Origin: the human T2T-CHM13v2.0 reference genome, Homo sapiens
Direction: 5' to 3' (one strand)
Length of the DNA stretch: 64,000 nucleotides
Assembly (NCBI RefSeq): GCF_009914755.1
Contig: NC_060937.1
The notes beneath the pieces are model-generated. The model was not told the DNA's origin, did not search any database, and saw only the letters and a program-made list of their open reading frames with translations. Positions 1 through 12,469 of this stretch are shown piece by piece; position 1 is the first letter of the stretch, and each line of letters begins with the position of its first letter. The position numbers were made by a program, and so were the translations under genes.

Positions 1-368
1 CCAATCAGCAGGATGTGGGTGGGGCCAGATAAGAGAATAAAAGCAGGCTGCCTGAGCCACCCGCTGGGGTCCCCTTCCACACTGGAAAATTTGTTCTTTC
101 ACTCTTTGCAATAAATCTTGCTGCTGCTCACTCTTTGGGTCCACACTGCATTTATGAGCTGTAACACTCACCGTGAAGGTCTGCAGCTTCACTCCTGAAG
201 CCAGAGAGACCACGAACCCACCAGAAGGAAGAAACTCCTAACACATCCGAGCATCAGAAGGAACAAACTCCAGACACGCCGCCTTTAAGAACTGTGACAC
301 TCACTGCGAGGGTCCGCAGCTTCATTCTTGAAGTCAGTGAGACCAAGAACCCACCAATTCCGGACACA
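1..368 (+). mobile_element. LTR12 (ERV9 LTR), 3' part; 5' part lies upstream of the window
   Basis: CCAATCAGCAGGATGTGGGTGGGGCCAGATAAGAGAATAAAAGCAGGCTG, repeated GAGACCACGAACCCACCAGAAGGAAGAAACTCC-type units, canonical end CCAATTCCGGACACA. Confidence 0.93.
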
Positions 369-1355
369 CTTTGAGATAGATGCTGTTGCTATCTTCCTTT
401 TAAAGATAATGAAACAGGGGCAGAGAAAGGAGAAATAATATTCAAATTTTAAAAGAATTTGAACACAGGCATTCAGGTTCCAGAAAAGAGACAAGATATG
501 ATTGAAGAAATGTAGGTGTGGGGCTCTTTGAGCTTGGATTTAAATTCTATATCATAACCTCATGGGAGGAGATGAGGAGGAAAACCATTGTCTACAAACA
601 AACTAAAAACAGTCAAACTAAGCAAAAGTTTGCTTGTGTTTTTATTATCACCGTGTGAAGGCTATTTTTTTTTTTTTTTTAATGTCAGGGGGAAGATACT
701 CCTCCCCATTGAGGTGGGCCTCTCCCATGACCTCCATCTTCCTTTTTTCATATACTATCGCCAAGACCAACATTCATTAGATGCTTTCAGACACCACATG
801 ATGAAACAGAATTATGAATGGGGAACCCACAGAGTTGCTGTAAATGAGAAAATTTAAGTGAAGTAAGCAGTTGTATTGCGGTCACTCTAAAATAATAGAA
901 GTCATGAATTTGAACCCCCCTAAAAAAGTGTATTTCCATTTGGTCTCTAACAATGTTCCACTACTTGACCAGTGATAGCCTTTCACATTGGCTTGCTGTC
1001 CCCATTCCCAGAGCTTTAACAAAAGCAAAACAAACATGATAATGATGGTGGTTTAGACTCTCAGGCTACATCTGCTGTCCATGCAGGCAGATGAGAATAT
1101 GGCCTGTAATTTTCAAACCCTAGACAACTGATTGTAGATCCTTCTTATGAAACAATGTTTCTTTCTTGAATCAGCTTAATTTATTTACTTGTTTTCAGAG
1201 AATGGAAATGAAATGAGAAGGAAATGGTGAAAACCTTAATATCACAAAATGGATACAGGATACCTCTCAGGCTCATTATATATCTGTTTAATACAAAAAT
1301 AGTATCAAACACCAACCATGTGCCAGGCACTGTTTTAGGTGCTGGGAATACCATC

Positions 1356-1890
1356 TGCTATTTGTTTTCCATGACTGATGTAACAAATTACAGCACACTT
1401 CATGGCTTCCAACAGCAAAGTTTGTTATCTTACAATTCTGTAGGTTAGAAGTCTAGTATATATTACTAGGCTAAAGACATGTTGGCTGAGCTGCATTCAT
1501 TTCTGCAAGTTCCAGAGACGAACCCACTTTCTTATGTTTTCCAGCTTCTAGAGGTGGTCCATATTCCTTGGTTTGTGGTTACCTTTGAAAATGGAAGGTA
1601 GCCACAAACCAAGAAATATGAGCCACCTCTAGAAGCTGGTCCATCTGGTCATATTCATAATGAATCACATTGAAACTGACTCTTCCACTTCCTTTTTTAC
1701 TTGAAAGAACACTTGTGATTACGTTTCCTGTGCTCCACAATATAGAAAAATCTCCTTATTTTAAGGTCATATGATTAAAAAGCATAATTTCATCTACAAC
1801 CTTAATTTCCTTTTGCCAGGTAACATAGCATAATAACGGCTTCTAGGCATTAGAACGTAGACAATATAGACTATTATTCTATCTTCCACA
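1356..1890 (-). mobile_element. MLT1 (MLT1C/D/E-like) ERVL-MaLR solo LTR containing a fold-back inversion
   Basis: GTAACAAATTACAGCACACTTCATGGCTT...ATCTTACAATTCTGTAGGTTAGAAGTC start and ...ATTATTCTATCTTCCACA end, typical antisense MLT1. Confidence 0.8.
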
Positions 1891-2126
1891 TTGTGTGTAT
1901 TCACACATTTCTTAAAGCTTGTGGGAGAGACATGCTGATTTTGTGAGTAAGCAAATAAATAGAAGTATTCAGAAGCTGTGAAACCTACTGGAAGTATTTT
2001 ATAGTGTTATGAGTGCTTAAATCATGGAGAGTTGATCCCTATCAGGGAAAATATCCTTAGTTGGTGACACTTGTTTGACATCAGGAAAAAAAGAGCAGTT
2101 CAGTTAACAAAGGGATCAAGGGACAT

Positions 2127-2491
2127 TTTCTTAGTCCATTATAGATGCTACTAAAAATTACTATAGCATTGGTGGCTTATAAACAACAGAAATTTCCTTC
2201 TCACAGTTCTGGAAGCTGGATGTTTGAGATCAATGTATCAGCATGGTTGGGTTCTGATGAGGGCCCTCTTGCAGGTTGCTCTGGGGTCTCTTTCATAAGA
2301 GCACTAATCCTTTTTATGAGGGAAAAATTTCATGACTTAATTACCTCCCAAGGCCCCCACTTCCTAATAACAACACATTGGGGATTAGGGTTTCAACATA
2401 TGAATTTGGAATGAATTCAACTAATGAATTTCATATGTGTATGAATGTTTGTGTTTGAATTGGGCTGTACACAAACATTCAGTCCATTGCA
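2127..2491 (-). mobile_element. MLT1A-like MaLR solo LTR
   Basis: TCTTAGTCCATT...GGTGGCTTATAAACAACAGAAATTT...TCACAGTTCTGGA...GGGGATTAGGGTTTCAACATATGAATTT...CACAAACATTCAGTCCATTGCA. Confidence 0.85.
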
Positions 2492-4409
2492 ATTACATAC
2501 AAGGATTCAGAAACAAGGGAAAATAAGGGACTTGGAAGAACAGAAAGAAGGCCAGTGTGTCTAGAGCAAAGAAAGCCTTATAATTCAAACCAATGGTCTG
2601 GAATATTCTTATCATCTGATTGACTCAAGTGATTGAGATGATAAGAATACAACAGGGAAGAAAATCTGGGTTCCTCTTTCTCTTCTACCTACATAAATGG
2701 CCCATGCCCTTCTCAATTATATTTTTGGCTCCTCATATTGTAAAGACACGAGCTTAAATGTGTACAGAGAGTCCCATTTTTCTTTGGCCCTTAGAGATAC
2801 TTAGAATATTTTTAAACATAACATGTATGTAAAACCTGAAATAGTTCTATAGAATTTAAACCTGTTTTTGATCATTTATTAGTACATATACACATGCTTA
2901 GTGATTTTTTGCATTACAATTTGAGTTTATATATATTAATACAATAGTCCTACCCATATCAATATTAAGGAGTTGATCTTTTTTAAAAAATCATTTTATC
3001 AGGATAAGAGCAAATTCTACATATTAAAAAATGTTTCATGATCAAAGAACTTTTCAGAGCATTTTTGGGTGAGGTTACTGGTGTGATAGTTTCAATTTAT
3101 TCCTTCCTTTATACATTCAGAAAATATCTCCTGATCACTGGCTTTATCTGGGCACTGGGATAGCTACTAGGGTTTTAGGGGTGGATATAATGGATACAGT
3201 TCCCCTCACAGTGTACAAAAATTTGTTTTATTGTCTGTTACTTCAGGGAATAGATTAAATAATTATATCAGTCTGCTCTGATGAAAAAATATTATGGCAC
3301 ATAAATAACAGTATCAGTACAGCCAGTTGCACATTGAATATGAAAAAAGAAAAATAGATAACATGTTATCAGTTTATTCTAAAAGGCAGCTGGTGAGTGA
3401 TCCAAATTCCTAGAATTAAGTTTCTATCCTCAAGCATGTGGTCGCATTTTTCGTACCCTCTATCTGGTCACAAAATTAATGGCATTAAACTATATATTTA
3501 GCACCTGTCTTTCATTTAGGATAAAAGCTTTCTAAGGGCAAGTGCCATAAATTCTTTGCCTCTTTTCTCTAGAAATGTCAGAGTATATGTGGTATGATAT
3601 ACATTGAATATCTCTAGCTAAACAGAACTAAAATATCATTTAGAGAAATTAAATCATATTGATGGGCAATTGTTTATGATAAGCTTATCTTCTTTCATTT
3701 CTATTTCAACATGCAGAACTTTAAGAAATAACACATATTTATTTAAAAGTAGCATATAGTAGTTTATACGTTTAAAATTTTGCTTCATAACAATCCAAGT
3801 GAAACTAGCATAAACATGAGCCTGTGCTATTTCAACAATGTAAGTAGATCTGCTCAAGATTAAAATACAACTTTTAGAAATCTCATAGCTGAAAAGTATA
3901 GTCCTATGTCATCCTGACATCATAGAAATGTTAATTTTTTTTGAAATACGCAATTCACGAATCTGTAGTTGGATGGGCTAACTTGTTAAATCTTATGAAT
4001 TTCCTGGGTCCTATTTGTTAGCTACTGATGATATTGGCTGAAATATTTTTATATAACAATTATGACAAAAATAATATTTCCAGTTTTAACATGATTTTTA
4101 ACAGTAAAATTTAAGGTTATTTTCAGATATAAGCCTACTTTATTCTGGCAACTATGAAAAACAAGCTTGATTACAATGAAGAGGATATAAAGGTTTTCTA
4201 CATGATTTAATTTGGATAAAGAATATCAGGCATGCTTAAACTTTTGATAAGGCAGAATAAGTGAAATACTTTCTTTTTGTCCTAAAATTTGATTTATAAG
4301 AGGAAAGGAAAATAAATTTATACATACAGTTAATTTATTAACCACATATATTTTCACCATTAGAGAATTACAAAGGTGGAACTGGTCATATACAATTAAA
4401 GAAACTTTG

Positions 4410-4625
4410 TGGTCTGGTACACCAGGTTCTAAGTTTCACTTATTGGCTGAGTGACCTCCATGAATTCACACAAATTCTTTTTGACTCTCATATTCTGCAT
4501 CAGCAAAATGGGACAATAATACCACAGGATACCTGTGGGGATTAAATGAGATTGTGCATGTAAAGTGCTAATGCAATGCTTAACACAGAGAAATAATTAA
4601 AGGCTATTATTTATTCATTAATTAT
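4410..4625 (+). mobile_element. MIR SINE
   Basis: degenerate MIR core: GCTGAGTGACCT...CATCAGCAAAATGGGACAATAATAC...GGGATTAAATGAGAT...CATGTAAAGTGCT. Confidence 0.75.
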
Positions 4626-6284
4626 TACTCAATAATTGATGGCTACTATGCTTATTATTAAGCAGACATTGTTATCTGACCATAATATTTTTGCTAATGT
4701 ATTTCTATTACTATACTGTTTATCTCCTTAGTAGAAAACATTAAGAAAACTAAGCTAATGAAGAGAGATAGAAAAAGTGATGCAAACCATCTTTTCTAAT
4801 CTTGATATTTTTGAAGCTTTGCTTGTGCCATGATATTGACTTCTGGGTATGTGTTTAGAGTCTTCCTGGGTTTGATGTTTCTCGACCTTCTCTGACATTC
4901 TTCTGACCCTCCCAGCAGTCTTTCTCTAGCATTCTTCAACATTTCCTTGGCTTCCTGGCTGTGCTTCAATACTCTTGGAAATTTTCCCAGATGATTCATA
5001 AAGAAGCATGTAGAGTAAAAACCTCAGGGTCACAGACTTAGAAGGGGGTATTCTGAAGGGCAAAACAAGACTATCCAGTGCAGAATTTGTTCATAAATTA
5101 ACAGAGAAGGTTTAAGTGAAAAAAAAACAAATTATTTTATTGAATAGAATAAACAACGATTTTAGAGAGTCAAATAAATCATCCATATACAAGAAAATTG
5201 AACTCAGTGGGAATGATTTTTCTAGTGGAATTTTTACTTTAATAGTGATTTTTTCAGCTTGCATAGTTCAAATAAGGTCTCTCCTATATTTATTCACAAT
5301 GAGAGGTTAATATCTCCAAAGCAAACAAAGTATCTTTGTAATTTCTCTTAAAGACTAAAAATAATAGCTAGAACACAAACCAATGCCCAAAGAAAAATCA
5401 CGTTCTAAATTTAAGCTTTTCTATAGGAATATACATCCTAATAGATGTTAATACAAATAATGTTTAAAATAAATATTTTAAAGCAAAACTTCTCATTAGA
5501 AGCAGTGTGGATTGCAAGAGAAAGAGCTTTGAAAATGATTGAAATGTTAACTCTCTATGATGAGGCAATAGCTATGAAATATAACGTGTGTTTCTCAGCT
5601 ACTGATGGTGTTGCTTTTGGAGTTGGACAATATGCCTTTACCTGTCTGACCTGAAAAGCTGTCATGGTTCTTGTTTGTCAGCATGTGGCAGAGCTACCAT
5701 AAATTTCAGAGGTGGAAAATCAGAGCTGGCTGTTTGTATCCTCTAGGTTCAAGTCATAAGGTCTCTTGAATCTGAAGGCTCTTTATGTCAGCATTTACCC
5801 AGAACTGTGGACATCTCTGTGGAAGCTGAAAACATCAGTTCCAAGGGCCTAGTATACTTGGGGATTCATAGAGTTATAGACCTCTGAAGTGCTGGCACCT
5901 ACATGAGAGTTAGCCACTCACTCCCAAGTCCTATTTCTAGTCAGACAAATGGACACTCCTATTGTTATTAATCCAAAAGCCACTCTCTATCTCTTTCTGT
6001 GTCTCCTTCTTCATTACTTTTTTCTTGGACTTATTTTTACAAAAGTTTGGAAGAACACCTAATTTCAAGCAACTTTAATTTTTCAGTGGTAAAAAAAGAA
6101 AGAAAAATCCCTTAGTAAAAGATTCGCCAAAGGCTTTGTTATCTACTTGAAAAACACTAGAATATGACAGAAAATGGATACATACACACATACAGCAACA
6201 ATTTTTTAAGTTAAGAATCTTGATCTATGAAGAACTGTTTCTCTTCCTCTGCTCTTGAAAGTATCATCCTATTGATCCTAATCT

Positions 6285-6460
6285 CACCCATTCAACAAAT
6301 AACTGTATTTATTGAGCTCCTTTTGTAAGCAAATTTCTGAGTTAGACAGAAGATACGCAATGGTGGTCAAGACAACATGGCTGCCATTATCACGGAAATC
6401 ACAGAGCAATGGGTTAGACAGACAACAAACATGTATAAATACAATTATGAGAGAAAAGAA
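6285..6460 (-). mobile_element. L2 3' end fragment
   Basis: CATTCAACAAATAACTGTATTTATTGAGCTCC... Confidence 0.6.
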
Positions 6461-6605
6461 AAGGAAGATATACATGGAATCTGAATCAAACAAAGCACCA
6501 ATACACTACATACACTCCAGGAGCTAAAAGCCTAACATGCCAGGAGTTCATATATAAATACCTGGAAGTACATGAACAATTAAAATGGGTAAGACAGAAA
6601 GGAAC

Positions 6606-9020
6606 AGATACGGTTTGGCTCTGTGTCCCCAAGCAAATCTCATCTTGAATTGTCTTTCCATAATTGCCACATGTTGTGGGAGGGACCCAGTGGGAGATAA
6701 TTGAACCACTGGGGTGGTTTCTCTCATACTGTTCTCGTGATAGTGAATGAGTCTCAAGAGATCTGATGGTTTAAAAACAAACAAACAACAACAACAAAAA
6801 AAAAACAAGAGTTTGCCTGCACAAGCTGTCTTTCTTTGCCTGCTACCATCCATGTAAGATGTGTTTGCTCCTTTTGCCTTCCAACCATGATCGTGAGGCT
6901 TCCCCAGCCACGTGGAACTGAGTTCTCCATTAAACCTCTTTCCTTTGTAAATTGCCCAGTCTCAGGTATGTCTTTATCAACAGTGTGAAAACGGACTAAT
7001 ACAGTAAATTGGTACTGGGAGGGAGAGATTGCTGAAAAGATACTCCAAAATGTGGGAGTAACTTTGGAACTGGGTTACAGGCAGAGGTTGGAACAGTTTG
7101 GAGGACTCAGAAGAAGACAGGAAAATGTGGGAGAGGTTGGAACTCCCTAGAGACTTGTTGAGTGTCTTTGACCAATATGCTGCTAATGATATGGACAATG
7201 AAATCCAGGCTGAGGTGGTCTCAGATGTAGATGAAGAACTTGTTGGGAACTGGAGCAAAGGTGACTCTTGTTATCTTTTAGCAAAGAGACAGATGGTATT
7301 TTGTCCCTGCCCTAAAGATTTGTGGAACTTTGAACTTGAGAGAAATGATTTAGGGTATCTGACAGAAGACATTTTTAAGCAGCAAAGCATTCAGGAGGTG
7401 ACTTTGGTACTGTTAAAAGCATTCAGTTTTAAAAGGGAAACAGGATAAAAGTTTGGAAAAATTGCAGCCTGACAATACGATAGAAAGGAAAACCTCATTT
7501 TTTGAGGAGAAATTCAAGCCAGCTGCAGAAATTTGCATAAGTAATGGGTAGCTGAATGTTAATCCCCAAGACAATGGGGAAAATGTCTCTAGGACATATC
7601 AGAGGTCTTCACATCAGGCCTGGAGGCCTAGGAGAAAATGATCTTGTGGGGCAGTCCCAGGGTCCCCATGCTGCGTGCAGCCTAGGCGCTTGGTGCCCTG
7701 TGTCCCAACTGCTTCAGCCATGGCTGAAAGGGGTCAATATAGAGCTCAGGCCATCGCTTCAGAGGGTGCAAGCCCCAAGACTTGGCAGCTTCCACATGGT
7801 GTTGAGCCTGTGAGTGCACAGAAGCCAAGAATTGAGGTTTGGGAACCTCCACCTAGATTTCAGAAGATGTATGGAAATGCCTGGATGTCCAGGCACAAGT
7901 TTGCTGCAGGGCCAGGGTACTCATGAAGAACCTCTGCTAGGGCAGTGCAGAAGGGAAATGTGGGGTTGGAGCCCCCAAATGGAGTCTATATTGGGGCACT
8001 GCCTAGTGAAGCTGTGAGAAGAGGGCTCCAGTCCTCCAGACCCCAGAATGGTAGCTCCACTGAAGCTTGAACCGTGTGCCTGGAAAAGCCACAGACACTC
8101 AATGCCAGCCCATGAATGCAGCTGGGAGGGAGGTTGTACCCTACAAAGCCACAGGGACAGAGTGCCCAAGACCATGAGAACCCACTTCTTGCATCAGCAT
8201 GACCCAGATGCGAGACATGGCTTCAAAGGAGATCATTTTGGAGCTTTAAGATTTGACTAACCTGCTGGATTTTGGACTTGCATGGTGCCTGTAGCCCTTT
8301 TTCAGTAGCCAATTTCTCCCATTTGGAATGGCTGTATTTACCCAATGCCTGTATCCCCATTGTATCTAGGAAGTAATTAGCTTGCTTCTGATATTATAGG
8401 CTCATAAGTGGAAGGGACTTGCCTTGTCTCAGATAAGACTTTGGACTGTGGACTTCTGAGTTAATGCTGAAATGAGTTAAGACTTTGGGGGACTGCTGGG
8501 CAGGCATGATTGGTTTTGAAATGTAAGAACAAGAGATTTGTCAGAGGCCAAGGGTGGAATGATATGGTTTGGCTCTGTGGCCCCACCCAAATATCATCTT
8601 GAATTGTACTCCCATAATTCCCACATGTTGTGGGAGGGACCTGGTGGAGATAATTGAATCATGGGGTAATTTCTCCCATACTGTTCTCATGATAGTGAAT
8701 GAGATATGGAATGCCACTGCCTGATAATGAATGAGACAGTGAATGCCATGTTGGCCCCTTTCAGCCATGGCTGAAGTAGTTGGGATGCAGGGCACCAAGA
8801 TCTGGTGGTTTAAAAAAAAAAAAAAAAGCCTGCACATACTCTCTCCCTTTGCCTGTCACCATCCATGTAAGATGTGACTTGCTCCTCCATGCCTTCAGTC
8901 ATAATGGTGAGGCTTCCCCAACCATGTGGAGCTGTGGGTTCTCCATTAAACCTCTTTTCTTTGTAAATTGCCCAGTCTTGTGTATGTCATTATCAAGCAG
9001 CATGAAAACGGATTAATATA
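6606..9020 (+). mobile_element. Full-length THE1 (THE1B-like) ERVL-MaLR: 5' LTR 6606-7003, internal 7004-8559, 3' LTR 8560-9020
   Basis: Two LTRs (GATA[C/T]GGTTTGGCTCTGTG...GGA[C/T]TAATA[C/T]A), THE1-int start GTAAATTGGTAC, perfect 5-bp TSD GGAAC at 6601-6605 and 9021-9025. Confidence 0.95.
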
Positions 9021-10048
9021 GGAACACAGTGATGAATTGGACTCATTCCTCTTGTCCAGGAACTAGTAGTTTCTGGCTAAAAATATAAAATCTAGATTTA
9101 TGGAAAATGTGATTTTTTAGAGTGAAATTTTAGGATAAAGATGATAAAGAAATATAATAAAGGGCACTGGCTACCCATGCAAACAGAGTAGACTACACAA
9201 CTGGCCTTTATTTTATGCCACGTGGATTTCAGAACTAATCTGATCTGTTCACATTTCTCCTATCCCTGGTGCTTGGTGGTATGCTGCTTTCCACCTAATG
9301 GGTGTGGGCTAGGAGTTAAAAAGAGCAAATGCCATCACTTCTATCAAAATTTAACAGAGCAAGATTTACTTTACAGATCGAAAGAGGTGCTTAAAAATAT
9401 GATGAAATATTACAAATAACCAAAAGTTTGAAAGCCAATGGAACTAAAAAAAAAATTATACCTGTGAAAACACAATAAAGTTTAGTCAAACTAAACGGCA
9501 TTCAGGGAACTCCAGCTCCTTTTTTCTTTCCCTCAAAACCTATCTGATGAACTTTCATTCAGATCTTAGTCATTTTTGTCTAACGTTTCCTGTTTGATTT
9601 CTAATTCTTTAGCTGCTAGTGAGTACATTGGACTTAATTTTATTATTATTAATATTAGCATTACATTATATATATGCATTATATATGTTTAGATGTCTGA
9701 TAAATATATGTATGCATTCAATAAGATTGGCATGTCTAATAAAACTCATTTCTTATTAAACTTATTACAGTAGAAATTTGGAAGAAGAAAAAGATTGATA
9801 ATTAAATGACTTATTCAAGAAGACTTGAGTTCTGCCTTCTTGTAGCATAAAGTATACTTATCAGCAAGGTTTTTTTACATCTCAGGAATACTCCTATTCC
9901 AAATGGAAATTTAACCATTAAAACATAATTGTCCCTGTCAAACTTGAAAGACAATATTCAACCAAGTCATCGAAAATTAAAATTTATGCCCTCCAATTTA
10001 TGCCCTATTTTTATTACCAAATTATCCATATATGGAAATGTTCATTGA

Positions 10049-10073
10049 TGTGTGTGTGTGTGTGTGTGTGTGT
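10049..10073. repeat. (TG)n microsatellite
   Basis: direct inspection. Confidence 0.95.
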
Positions 10074-11925
10074 TTCTACTTTGTCCCTTGTATTAGAAGA
10101 TGTCTCGTTTTAAAACAAAATAATGCACATGCAACACTACTGTAATAAATCATCTATGAAAAATGTAAAAGATGCCATTATATATCTGTTAGTGCTTCCT
10201 TTTATAATTAGATATGTTATAATTTCTTCAGTTCTGCCGACTATCTATGACTTTTTTTGGAAGTTCATTCATAATGTAAATGAATATGCATTTTCCCATG
10301 ATGGACACTGAACACTACTGTTATGTCATTGATGATGGGGCCGTTACAAATGCAAGAAGAAAAAGAAAAACTTCAGGAGTTATTTTTTACTCCAGCAAAT
10401 GTTATGGGGGAAAAATCACTATACATTGGTTTTGGATAAACAGTCTGCCCACTTCCACCATTTATATGAATCAGGTTTCTAGAAAAACTTGAATGACTAT
10501 CATCTGTGAATTTACTCTAGAAAGAAGAAATTTCACCTTTTCTCTTATTTTTCCACATGACAACAATAGAAAGAATAATTTATCCTTGATAAGACACACT
10601 AAGATATAAAATATTATAAAATTTATAAGATTTTAACATTATAACATTTATAAATTCCTACTGAGGAATTTATTTATTAATAGAAAGTACCTTTTAGGAT
10701 AAAATAAGTATTTTAATAGGAAGACATATATTCACGTTTGAGTTTATTTGAACCAATTCTAAACCAAGTCAGATATTTTGCAGTATACATTCTGAAGACC
10801 AAAGGATATACTGAATAATGTATATTATTTACAACTCCCACTCATTTATATCATCTCATTCCATGCTGAAAATAACCTTGCTATACAGTGTATGCATATG
10901 TAAATATTATTAACCTGTTTATGATAATAAATTATAGTAAGGATAAAGGAAAATAGATCCTATTTCTTAACTTTTGATCAGATTTTAGTATAACTATAGA
11001 AAAACATAATTTCCTCTGAAGTATCTAGATAATTAAAACAAAATTTGCTCACTTTAAAAAATGGTTAGAGATATTCCAAATTATTTAACTATTAATATTA
11101 CCAATTCCCCATATTTTAAATTCCTTAATATGATCTTTGATAACTAAAGAGATCACTTCATATGATACAGAGTATATACTCAATAAATCTCATTTGAATA
11201 AATATATGTAAATGAGTTTTATTTTCATTTAATTGTTTTACTATCCTAGCAGACTCTTTTTTCCCTGTGTTATAAAAATGAGTGTCATCCTGTCTTCCTG
11301 ATGTCACACAATCAGACAATAAGAAAAGCCTTTATCTAATCCAGGTTCTCAAACTTCTTTTTATCTCTCTAGACCCTGGGAGAAAAATAGGTCTAATCCA
11401 GCACAAAGTAATCAAAGTGAACTTCCAGGGATACTAAGATGATGCCTAGAGTCTCATTTTTGAACATATTGCAGTATGATATATAAAATATTAATAGCTA
11501 AATTTCCAATAAGGTTGAGAGTGTCTCGAAAATGTAATAGAAACCTGATATGTACATTTAGTACAACATAGTTATAGAATACATATCCTTGAAGAAGGCA
11601 TTTAATTATCAATCTGTTTTGTTTATCCAAAATTTTCATCATTCTAAATTTTAATGCACATCCACACACGTGTGCAAACATGTATGCAATTTGTATACAA
11701 TGAACCAATTTGTATACAATGAATTCTTGAGGAATGGTAGATATTGGAGACATAAAAAATCTTTTTCCCTCTGTTGGAGCACACATAAATGGATTCTTAT
11801 TGATTATATCATGTAACCCACCACCAGCATAGATTATGGATATATTTTCCCATTTTGCTATCAGTTATTTTCCTAACGTCTGTATACAAATAATATACAC
11901 ATTCCACAGAAAAAAATAAAAGAAT

Positions 11926-11966
11926 ACAGACACACAGACACAGACACACACACACACACACACACA
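11926..11966. repeat. (CA)n / CACAGA compound microsatellite
   Basis: direct inspection. Confidence 0.9.
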
Positions 11967-12027
11967 TTTTTTGAAACTGAAAGTATATATTAAACAATGA
12001 TCCTCAGCTTTTAAAAGCTCTTCATAG

Positions 12028-12288
12028 GCTATGCTCATGCCTGTAATCCTAGCACTTTGGGAGGCTGAGGTAGACAGACTGCTTGAGCCCAGGACTTCCA
12101 GACCAGTCTGGGCAACATGGTGAAAATCCATCTCTGCAAAAAATGCAAAAATTAGCTGGGTGTGGTGGTGTACACCTGTAGTCCCAGCTATTCAGGAAGC
12201 TCAAGTGGGAGGATTACCTGAGCCCAGGAAGTTGAGGCTGCAGTGAGCCATGAAGTCTGGGTGAAGGGAGTCAGAAAATAAAAAATAA
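12028..12288 (+). mobile_element. AluJ-type SINE with deletion in the right arm
   Basis: GCTCATGCCTGTAATCCTAGCACTTTGGGAGG; J-type TTGAGCCCAGGA and GAGGCTGCAGTGAGCC; near-TSD AAAAGCTCTTCAT / AAAACTCTTCAT. Confidence 0.9.
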
Positions 12289-12469
12289 TTACATTTTAAA
12301 AACTCTTCATGTATATATATTATACATAACATAATTGAGTATATTTAATTAAGTATGGCATTGGATGATAACAGTTATAATTTATGTTTTTCTTGCAGTT
12401 TTTGAAGGACGTTTGTGCCCTATGATAATTTGATTGGTAGGCATGACTATAAGCCCCATAAAAATGTAG

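Larger units (their letters stand above)
1272..2575 (-). mobile_element. L2 LINE 3' fragment interrupted by two MaLR LTRs
   Basis: CATGTGCCAGGCACTGTTTTAGGTGCTGGGAATAC (L2 3' end, antisense); L2-like sequence resumes at ~1900-2126 and ~2492-2575. Confidence 0.6.

Noticed and set aside
7098-8260. Cluster of 67-116 aa ORFs, with similar ones at 53017-53819
   Set aside because: Frameshifted remnants of THE1 internal sequence, not host genes
10650-10673. 10-bp inverted repeat ATAAATTCCT-ACTG-AGGAATTTAT
   Set aside because: Short and AT-rich; plausible by chance at this composition
11687-11724. Tandem duplication CAATTTGTATACAATGAA x2 (similar short ones near 9981, 32829, 37233)
   Set aside because: Ordinary slippage duplications; two copies only and no spacers, so not CRISPR-like
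12381-12442. Possible micro-exon (TTTTCTTGCAG ... TTG/GTAGGC); other AG acceptors at ~17291 and ~43997
   Set aside because: Splice-like signals are common in T-rich DNA, and there is no consistent reading frame or exon chain
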